Assembly (NCBI GenBank): GCA_951406725.2
Contig: OX597817.1
Location: 46,128,001-46,192,000 of the forward strand
Origin: Octopus vulgaris
Taxonomy: Eukaryota
Reading direction: 5' to 3'
Length of the DNA stretch: 64,000 nucleotides
A program made the position numbers and the translations under genes. Positions within the stretch are counted from its first letter, which is position 1, and the number at the start of each line of letters is the position of its first letter. Positions 54,163-64,000 of the stretch are shown here, piece after piece. The notes beneath the pieces are model-generated. The model did no database searches, was not told where the DNA came from, and worked only from the letters and a program-made list of their open reading frames with translations.

Positions 54163-54284
54163 ATATACATACATACCCATTATTCATTTTTAACATAAAA
54201 TAGGACATTTTCGATTTTGGTTACACATTAATTGTTACAGTCATTGACAATATTTTACATATAGCACAGCAGTAGGCTGGTGGG

Positions 54285-54470
54285 GTCAGTAACATTCCAG
54301 GCAAAATACTTGCCTGAGTATACGTTCTGACTTCAACTTTCACCGAGTTCGACGTAGCCGTTCATCATTTTGGGGTCGAGAGAGTAAATACCATTTGAGC
54401 ACTGGTTTCGAAGTAATCGATTTACGCCCTCTCGCAGAATTTCTGGCCTTGTACCAAAACTAGACACCAT
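54285..54470 (+). mobile_element. SINE family B, diverged
   Basis: cgttctgacttcaac...gagttcgac...ggggtcga. Confidence 0.6.
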
Positions 54471-54617
54471 TATTTTACATATATGTAAAATTCAAAATGG
54501 CCAATATTTGATCTCACCAGAGCTGTTAATCGTTTTTGGACGGATATGCTTGATGTTTTATGTTGAAATAATTTGGAAATGTATATTTCACAACAAGTAT
54601 ATGTGATATATCGCGAC

Positions 54618-54669
<52 letters not shown>

Positions 54670-54680
54670 GTGTGTGCGTG

Positions 54681-54730
<50 letters not shown>

Positions 54731-54970
54731 ATTCTACATGCATTAATTTAGGAAAGAGACGTGCTGTAAGATAATAGCATGCATTATACTTTCTCTGTTG
54801 TGAATTAGAATTTCACACTTCGTTTATTTTTTCACTGTATATACATACGACTCAAAAGCAAATGATTTATTTGAACATTAACTGAGCGCATTTGGTTAAA
54901 AATATTGCCCTAATATGAATTCGGTAATTATTATTCATGCTTTAACCTATGTTACATACATATATATATG

Positions 54971-55033
<63 letters not shown>

Positions 55034-55075
55034 ATGTGTGTGTGTATGTATATATATAAATGTGTATATATATGC

Positions 55076-55130
<55 letters not shown>

Positions 55131-55678
55131 TTATATATATATATACGTATATATATATACGTATATATACAGAGAGAGAGAAAGAGAGAGACAGAGAGAT
55201 AGGTAGATAGATAGATACATAGATAGATAGATAGATATATATGTATACATATATAAATATAAGGCAAACGAAAATGTATGTCATTGTTGCATAATTCAAA
55301 TAGCTGAGACGTTACTGACCAAATGTGCTGGAGACATGCTCATATAAATCACTTGATTTCAGAGTGTGAATCTTTAAAGTGTAACATTTAAGGGAAAATG
55401 GTAAATTATAATTCATGCAGAGAACATATATCTCAACGATCTTCTCTGGCAACAAGTCCAGCCTGTAGAGAAATTTCTGTTTCAAGAAATACGTCTCACC
55501 TCAGGCAGTGTACAAAATGACTCAAGCCATATGTGTTCACAAATTAACAATGATATATATATATATATATATATACATATAATATCAAAGGGTTATCTGA
55601 AATATTAGAAATTTCCATTACCAGTGGCCTAGCGAGTAAAGAATTTAGTCAATAGACTATATACTATTCATATAAATA

Positions 55679-55897
55679 CAGTGTACATTTAAACACAAAA
55701 GAGATATCCATCATAGGACTGCCTATACGCTAGAGAAGACAGTTAAATTCCAAACCACTACTAGGGATAAAATTTCGAATGGAATGAAAAATAAAATCTT
55801 TCATCATCTAACTCCTGGAACAATGGTTTCAGACTTTTTAGCAAATAAAATAATTTGCTAGACAAAGTCTTCTTCAGCAGGTACACCTTAGATTAAA
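55679..55897 (-). mobile_element. ~220-bp hammerhead-bearing dispersed repeat, copy C
   Basis: Boundaries almost the same as copy B. Confidence 0.85.
55814..55881 (-). ncRNA. Type I hammerhead ribozyme, family 2 copy C
   Basis: CCUG-CUGAAGA-AGACUUU..UAGCAAAU(UAUUUU)AUUUGCUA..AAAGUCU-GAAACCAUUGUUC-CAGG. Helix II pairs well; helix III has a G>U change. Confidence 0.7.
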
Positions 55898-56820
55898 TAT
55901 ATATATATACAAAATGGTGATATTTGAAACATCCTTACCTTTCCGGTATGTGGGCGGTTTATATGACCAAATCTTATATTGCATATATTACTAGTTATAA
56001 ACTACGGAACAAATGTAGGTGAAATAGGGATTTTACACTGAATTATGTCACTAGTAATACTACACCATATAAAATTTACTTACCACCTATATAAAAAACA
56101 GACTGGATTATGAAAAATCTATGTAGAGCACTAAGCATAATAGTGGCTGTTATTTACTTGTACATTTAATTGTACACAAAATTTCTAATTTAACTTATTC
56201 CCTACTGAATATAGATCAACAATAACTCGGATCCTTACTGAAAATGTACCTAGTTCCTAGTAAACGACCACAGTTCCTAGTAAACGACTACTAATCAACA
56301 CTTATTTATACATATTGGATATATTTTGCGAATTATAATGACTAATTTTTGTTGTATTAATTTAGGTCAAGTTGGTTTGGTTCAGCACTCTTACAAACAC
56401 TCAGTTATATATTAAGTAAGTAGAGTGTCATCTGGGATCCTATTTCCTGCAAATGAGGTGATGGCATAAGATATGCCGCGTATTGTATAGTAAGCGACTG
56501 GTTTTGCTCCTGAAAACTTTGATATCGTAGGGATGGTATCCTGAAATACGTCGCATCCGGATATGCAAACCTGGCTGATTTCTTTCAAAAAGTGATACGC
56601 CCAGATAAAAAGATTAATCCCACCAGTGTATTGATATTTTGCTTACATAACCTGGAAGGGTGAAAGATAAATTTTACCTCGGTATTCGAGTACAGAATTA
56701 AGAGCGTTGGAATGATTAATGCAAAGGAGACAATCCGTTCTATTAATCATCCGAGTAACTTGCCTCTTTAGGAATCTAAATACTGCACGAAAAATTGTTC
56801 TTTGGTTTTATCTTCGAATA

Positions 56821-57070
56821 TTGGGTTGGTGCATAAATATTGCGGCTTATTTTCTATAAATTTTATTCAACAAAAATAATAACAATATTTAGCAACAGCA
56901 TCTCTAATTGACAGTTTGACCGTCTGCCAAGCAAATGGGAAGCAGTAATTGAAGTAGATGGTGAATATGCTCCGGAATAATCATTTACAGATGTTTTTGT
57001 TACATGATGTTATTGTTTTTGTTGAATAATATGTGTTGAAAAAAGCCGCAATAATTATGCACCAACCCAT
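56821..57070 (+). mobile_element. Mariner-derived MITE with a transposase C-terminal remnant
   Basis: TIRs ttgggttggtgcataaatattgcggctt / aagccgcaataattatgcaccaacccat; peptide FDRLPSKWEAVIEVDGEYAPE* at 56915-56980. Confidence 0.85.
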
Positions 57071-58376
57071 TTACTGCTATATTAAGATCACAATGTTAAA
57101 AGTTTAAAACGTCTAAACATATTTGAAGAATTACCACTAATAGGATTAAAATATCTTAGAATTATTAATCTCGTATTTAGAGACGGAATCGCTTCATAAT
57201 GACATCTATACTATGATCCAATATGCTTGATCACTCTTCGTCAATTTACATCTTGCATTTGAAGGACGTAAAATTCAATACCTTTAGTAAAGAAAGAAAT
57301 ATATGAACCGTGACCGCTTTGCTAAGGTCTTCGGTTCAATAAATTTATGTCATGGGACGCTGAGAGCAGACGATGTGTCTTGGGAACTTCATTCCCCGTT
57401 ACTGCAGTTGATATGGTCAAACTATTGTGTGCCCATTGTACTTGGGTTTCAAACGCAACTGGCAATCCATTCAGAAGGGTATCTAGTACTCTCAGATTAA
57501 TTTTCTAGAAATTCTGTATAAATGCTCTCATCAATCGCCTCTAGGCTTGAAGGTGACTCTATTGATCTTTTGCATATTTCAGCTTACGAGCTGTGCCCAT
57601 ACTGGAGCAACATAGCAATAGCTGTTCCTGATTCGAATCTAGTCTACTACCTTGTGCGTCATACATGAATATAACACCTAATAAGGATCGAAAAGAAAAC
57701 TAATTGATACAATATTAAACTAATTGATAACAATATTAAACAATATTATCGTCATCGAAACAAAGATTAACAGCCTGACAATTAATTGTTAATCGTGTCG
57801 TAATTTCAGTCAGTAGTGATAATCTGATAAATATTAGAAGCCAAAGTGACAGATTTTATTTCTGAGGCGAAATATATGGAGATTAGACATTGCAGCATTA
57901 TCTTTCCTAAGAAATAATTTAAGCAAGGAGAAATATACGCAAATTGCATAGTAGGAATTTGTACCGAAACCATGGTTGTTAACTACAGTTTTATGATCCC
58001 TCAGCAATCCTCTAATTTGTATGCGACTGGGTATGGATGTCTTGACTTCTCTTAAGGGCATAAGTGTCTGCATGTGGCTGCATCGGCAAATCAGATTGTA
58101 AATATCAGTGACTTCATGTTATGCGTGTTATATATACGTTTGACACGTTTGATAGGTTTCGGCCATTATTGGCCCAGGCCATGTCTAACTTAATAGCACC
58201 ACCTGGTGAGGTATATAGGTGAGGTATTGATATTTTCTTGTAGTTAACCATACGAGAGAAAGCAATCACTAGAGGTTAGCTATTCTAAGGGAGATAATCA
58301 TTTTTAAATCAGGATTAGAAATTAGAATTCTAAATCGAACAGCAACGAAGAAGATACACAGAATATAATATTCAAT

Positions 58377-58600
58377 AAGGCAGTGAGCTAGCAGAATCGT
58401 TAGCATGCCGGACTGGTATTTCGTCTGCCGTTACGTTCTGAGTTCAAATTCCGCCGAGGTCGACTTTGCCTTTCATCCTTTCGGAGTCGATAAATTAAGT
58501 ACCAGTTACGAACTGGATTCGATGTAATCGACTTAATCCCTTTGTCTGTCCTCGTTTGTCCCCTCTATGTTTAGCCCCTTGTGGGCAATAAAGAAATAAG
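58377..58600 (+). mobile_element. SINE family B with a short deletion in the head
   Basis: Close match to the family B body and tail. Confidence 0.85.
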
Positions 58601-58749
58601 AATATAATATTCAGTTTTTGCCCTCTCACTCATTGCAAACAACTTAGCATTTCTAGTCGCATTCCATTATATATTGCACGAATTAATTCTTATTTGGAAT
58701 CGTCGTGCGATACACAGCGAAAACAGTATTTTACCGAAAAAAGAATTAC

Positions 58750-59163
58750 TCTCTTTACTCTTTTACTTGATTCAGTAATTTGACAGTGGCCATGATGGAG
58801 CACCGCCTTTAGTCGAGCAAATCGACCCCATGACTTATTCTTTGTAAGCCTACTACTTATTCTATCAGACTCTTTTGCCGAACTGCTAAGTTACGGGGAC
58901 GGGAACACACTAGCATCGGTTGTCAAGCTATGATGGGGGGACAAACACAGACACAAACATATACATACACACATACATATACCTATATATACATATATAC
59001 GACAGGATTCTTGCAGTTTCCGTCTACCAAATCCACTCACAAGGCTTTGGTCGGCCCGAGGTTATGGCAGAAGACACTTGCCCAAGGTGCCACGCATTGG
59101 GACTGAACCCGGAACCATGTGATTAGTAAGCAAGCTACCTACCACACAGCCACTCCTACGCCT
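58750..59163 (-). mobile_element. SINE family A
   Basis: Full-length reverse copy. Confidence 0.85.
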
Positions 59164-59784
59164 AATTTTATAGAAATTACAAAAATTAATTCGTCCAAGT
59201 AATCTCCTCCTTTTTTGAAGCTTGTTAAAATTTGCCGATTTTTTTTTTTATTCATTATGAAGTAACTAAAAGAAATTATCAATTCTTTAGAATATGATTG
59301 TCTATGAAATGATAGAGAGATAATGTAGTAAATTAAAATCTGGATCGTGCCTGACATGTTTAAACAAATGGTGAGTTTTTGTCCCACAAACACAACAAAG
59401 CTTATTGTTTATCCGTTAGCTTGTCTGATTGGCAACAAGATTTGACGCGGTGCTCTCGCAGTACGTTACGTAGTTGAACATAAATTTTCTCAATTAGAGT
59501 CCGTCGGTTGAAGTACCTATCGGCCCATTTCATTATTTCTTTCTACGACTACCTAACTCCACATCTTCCCTGTCTGTCTCTCTCACTCTCTTTCTCACTT
59601 TCTTTATGTCTCCCCTCTACCCCCTCTCTTTCTCTGCGTAATGACAAAAGGCTTTTGTCACCGGAAATTCAATAGAAAAAAAATGATGCTCAATTATTCC
59701 GATTGCTTGGTTTCCAAATCTATCAGATTTGTATTTGATACAAAACTTTGAATTAAACCCAGGCCAACTCACCCATACGTATCT

Positions 59785-59826
<42 letters not shown>

Positions 59827-59874
59827 ATATATACAGACACAAACACACACATATATATATACACACAAAAATGG

Positions 59875-59905
<31 letters not shown>

Positions 59906-61949
59906 TATATATATATATACATACACACATGGATGGATATATATATATATATGCACACACGCACATATATATTTGTATGTTTGCATACTTGTAAGTGAGT
60001 GTTTTTTTTTATATATGCTGTGTGTCTGTATGTCTCGGGTTTAAGAAGCTTGCTTTGGAACTACACCGTTTCCAGTAGAGTTCCATAGTGCCGGATCTTG
60101 AGAAAATGTCTTCTGATATAGCCAGAAGCAGACCATTGGATTGTAAATGAATTTGGCAAATGAAGACCGTGTGGAAGTCCGTCATTCGTGCGCGCGCATG
60201 TGTTTCGACTAAACGTGGCAATGCTGTGATCCTTTATAGCTGCAGTCCAATAACTAGAAATGTAGAACATAAAAGGTATTTTGAGCAGGGTGACAGGAAT
60301 TAATGTTTGTGAGGAACACTGCACTAACCAAACTTGACAAATTCAACTCCCTAGTGTTTTTTTTAATTTTTCTCAACACGGAATTTTTTTTCAATTCTCT
60401 TTTCTGTCTTTGGTCGATATTATTTCTCACTTTGGGAATACCCCTGCAAATTGATGCCGCAGAAACAATTATTTATTTATTGTCTCAGATGAACTTAAGC
60501 TGTACAGCTTTACGACCTGATGTCTAAATTAATTGTTATCGAGAATTAACGCTTTACATTACGTAGGGAACATGTCACAAGGTTTAAAAAGATAAGATTT
60601 TCATCTTAGAGTCTAGTTGTGAGTTTTCTCACAAAACGAAGGTCGGAGATCTTATTATTGTTGCCCTCGCTACATGTCTACCATAATCCAGTCTGACTAT
60701 GATACAAACAGTCCCCGGTCATGACTATAGAGATTTTGTTCTTACATAATATATCTATGACTACAATATTTCATGAGCATTCTCTTGTAATAAACTAACA
60801 CGATTTTGATGAAGATCTGGCTTCTATTTCCATAGATTAAACCACCTTAATGGCTTCTAAAGCCTAACATTATGTTGAAATGTCATGTATACATTTACAC
60901 CCGTGTACACATATATGCATGCATATACACTATTATGCTTTTCTATAAACGATTGAAGTAAATCGGAACTTCTTTTGAAACAAGTTATTTCAATTTCTTG
61001 TTGAAGACGATGAAGATGATGTTCAGTCGAGCTTGACGGTAAAATAGCAAAATAATTTTTGTTAAATAACGATGCTAAATAAGGAAAGAAATGTGTGTTT
61101 ACGGATAATGACACCGAATGAGACTGATAATTTACGGATAATGAGCCTGAATAATGAGACTTTGTAGGAATGACTTCAGATGCGTGGTTATAGAGGTTGT
61201 GTGTACTTTCGGAGTTGAAAATTTTCAGATATTTATAAGAGTGTTGTACTAGTGGGAAAGACTTGGAGCAGTAAAGGTATTACTGTAGTGTGTATGACCT
61301 TTGTATTAGTTCTTTTGTTTCTTTTTTCAATATCTTTCGTACTTAAGGAAGTGAAGGAGTTTGTATGCCGCTCAAGAATTTGGACTTGGCAGCGATTCGA
61401 GGGCCACCTCCTAGTGGTGTCGGGCGTCAACGAAGAGCCCTCGACTACAACAAGACGACCAAAGTTATTCTTCTTTTTTTCTTTCCAAAGTCTGGGGTCT
61501 CCCGCCCCTAAGCCCTAGACCATCACCTAATCACCCTTACCCGTCTTGTTGCTTAACAACAACAACAGATGTTTGGAGGTACACAGACCAAGTACTTTCG
61601 CACACCGAGATTGATTTTTGGCGTTATAATGTGTCAGCTCTTATTTTTTCTCGGTCAACCGAAGATTGTTGAGTCACGAAATAGCGTGGGTGGCAACTGG
61701 GTCGAATCTTAGATGTACTCGTAATTCAAAGAGAGTCTTGTCACACACTATACTATGCTGATTCTGCCGGACAGTTTATCAATGGTACATGGATCCCTAG
61801 AATACCCAGTCAGTTGCAAAAATTATTCAATGGGTATGCATTTGAGTTGCCGAATCAAGTGAATTCTCATCGTCGGAATCAATGAGTATCCATTTTGCCC
61901 TCCCATGTATGAGATTCATATTCCAATGCTGAGATCCACTTCGGTCATG

Positions 61950-62258
61950 ACTGACCATGGGATTGCACCTAGAAAGTTACCCTCCGAGGCACAAGTCCGG
62001 GCAAGGTTGTTTACGGAAGACCAGCACTTGCCCATAAATACCAGCCTCCCATCTCCACGCCACCGATGTTATCAAAGGGAAAGGGAAAGGCCGATCCAGT
62101 TTGGCACCTGTGACACCGCAACTATTTTTACAGCTGAGTGAACTGGAGCAACGTGAAATAAAATGTCTTGCTCAAGAACACAACACGCAACCTGGTCCGG
62201 GATTCGAAGTCACAACCTCACGATCGTAAGCTCTAACTACTGAGCCATGGGCCTTCAC
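61950..62258 (-). mobile_element. SINE family C
   Basis: Reverse copy homologous to 28155-28495 and 1-80. Confidence 0.75.
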
Positions 62259-62289
62259 CATATTTCAATACGGTACACTTTTTGGTATA

Positions 62290-62745
62290 TTAAATTCCAC
62301 CGATATGCGCTTTGCCTTTCATCCTTTCGGGATCGATGAAATAAGCACCAGTCATGAAATTGGGTCGATGTGATCGATAAATATCATTCCCCGAATATTC
62401 CAGGCCTTGTGCCTATGGTAGAAAAAACTAAGAGTATTCATACTAGTAGATGAACAACCAACAGCGTCCTGCAAGATGCAGACTTGATATGCAAATATAT
62501 GTGTGTATGTGCGTGTGTGTGTATGCATGTATACACTTATGTGCATGTATGTACTTATATATGCGAGTGTGTGTACGAAGGTGGTTATATGACAGAATCA
62601 TTAGCTGGGCGGTAAAATACTTAGCAATATTTATACCGGTATGTAACGTTCTGAGTTCAAAATTCATCGAGGTCGATTTTGCATGTTATACTTTATGGGT
62701 CTATAAAATAATTAGCGATTGAACACTGGGGTCATTGTAGTCAAT
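62290..62745 (+). mobile_element. Two partial, diverged SINE family B fragments
   Basis: gctttgcctttcatcctttcggg at ~62310 and cgttctgagttcaaa...gaggtcga at ~62650. Confidence 0.6.
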
Positions 62746-62756
62746 TCCCTGCTTTT

Positions 62757-62978
62757 ATACTTTTACTCTTTTAGTTGTTACAGTCATTTGACTGCGGCCA
62801 TGCTAGAGCACCGCCTTTAGTCGAGGAAATCAAACCCAGGACTTACTCTTTGTAAGCCTAGTACTTATTCTGTCGGTCTCTTTTGCCAAACCGCTAGGTT
62901 ACGGGGACGCAAACACACCAGCAGCGGTTGTCAAGCGATGTTGGTGGTGACAAACACAGACACACAAACATATACATA

Positions 62979-63041
<63 letters not shown>

Positions 63042-63211
63042 TATATACGACGGGCTTCTCCCAGTTTCGGTCTACCAAATCCACTCACAAGGCTTTGGTC
63101 GGCCCGAATCTATAGTAGAAGACATTTGCCCAAGGTGCCATGCAGTGGGACTGAACCCGGAACCATGTTGTTGGTAAGCCAGCTACTTACCATACAGCCA
63201 CTCCTACGCCT
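62757..63211 (-). mobile_element. SINE family A
   Basis: Full-length reverse copy with internal (TA)n. Confidence 0.85.
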
Positions 63212-64000
63212 ATCACAAAAATTACAAAAAAACAAAGATTTTTTCTTTTACTAAAATTTCGAACAATTACGTATATCGGTGTATGCGCATGTGTGTGCAT
63301 GCTCTGTGTGTGTGTGGGGGGGTGCATGAGAGAAAGAGAGAAAAGGACAGAGAGAGAGGGAGAGAAAAGACAGCCACAAACAGACAGACAGTTACATAGT
63401 AGGACAATGGTTGAGGGAAGTGAAGCATTATATTGTTAACATATGGGTGCATGTCGTTAGATTTCTGAGCAGCTAAGTAATTAAAGTAGAGAAAATCTTG
63501 TTTGGATGCGTTGTACCGCAATAAGACACAATGAGATTCTAAATCCTCTCTGGTGTAATAGATAATCGTTACATGATAGCTTTGAGCAAGGAGATTACCG
63601 ATTGGCTGTAATAAGTGATTTAGTGAACAAGCAGAGTGTTTTGTCCTGCCATGTATGGTCATAGAATTAACTGAGGTAAAAGGCAACCCAATTGCTTTGC
63701 GGAAGGTCAAAGAACATTAGTGTGTAATAAGAACCACGAAGAATCGCTCCAGTAAAAGTGGTGGGGATTGAGAATTACAAAAACAGCTCGTTCACTACAT
63801 TACTCTCCATAACTGTTGAAATGTTTCGAAATGAATCACATATTCTCATATTCTTTTATTCCTATATTCATATGGTCTAAGTCAGCAAGAGATTTTTAGG
63901 ATTTCAGTGGACATGAAAACTTAAGCAATCACGTACAAGTGCCGAGGAGCAAGAGATTTTGTTCATAAAAAGAACTCAGAGATGAACGAAATAACAGGTT

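Noticed and set aside
57300-57660. Possible decayed CR1/L2 RT C-terminus on the minus strand (YVAPVWA)
   Set aside because: A single short motif among many stops; insufficient to call.

Overview
AT-rich, microsatellite-dense animal non-coding DNA. The SINE families and the (TA)n/(CA)n density look like an octopus genome; this is an inference from pattern recall, not a database match. No intact host gene is recognisable and nearly all ORFs in the track are translations of simple repeats. The window is a mosaic of mobile elements: three tRNA-derived SINE families (about 25 copies or fragments); decayed Penelope-like retroelements (PLEs; Neptune-like and Naiad-like RT/GIY-YIG remnants) inserted at (TA)n; an R4/Dong-like LINE remnant; a decayed RTE-like LINE; Tc1/mariner and pogo-like derivatives; a non-autonomous Helitron; and two Helentron/HINE-like elements. 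The main signal is a set of type I hammerhead ribozyme (HHR) motifs. (i) At 191-2178 an ORF-less array of a 535-bp monomer, arranged as a fold-back, has four near-intact HHRs and looks like a young retrozyme (candidate circular RNA element). (ii) A dispersed ~220-bp family has three HHR copies (49.6, 50.4, 55.7 kb). (iii) A tRNA-headed SINE at 40.3-40.7 kb has an inverted head duplication and an HHR-like tail. (iv) Several degenerate HHR relics lie in PLE 3' tails. All RNA folds were paired by eye and none is experimentally tested.
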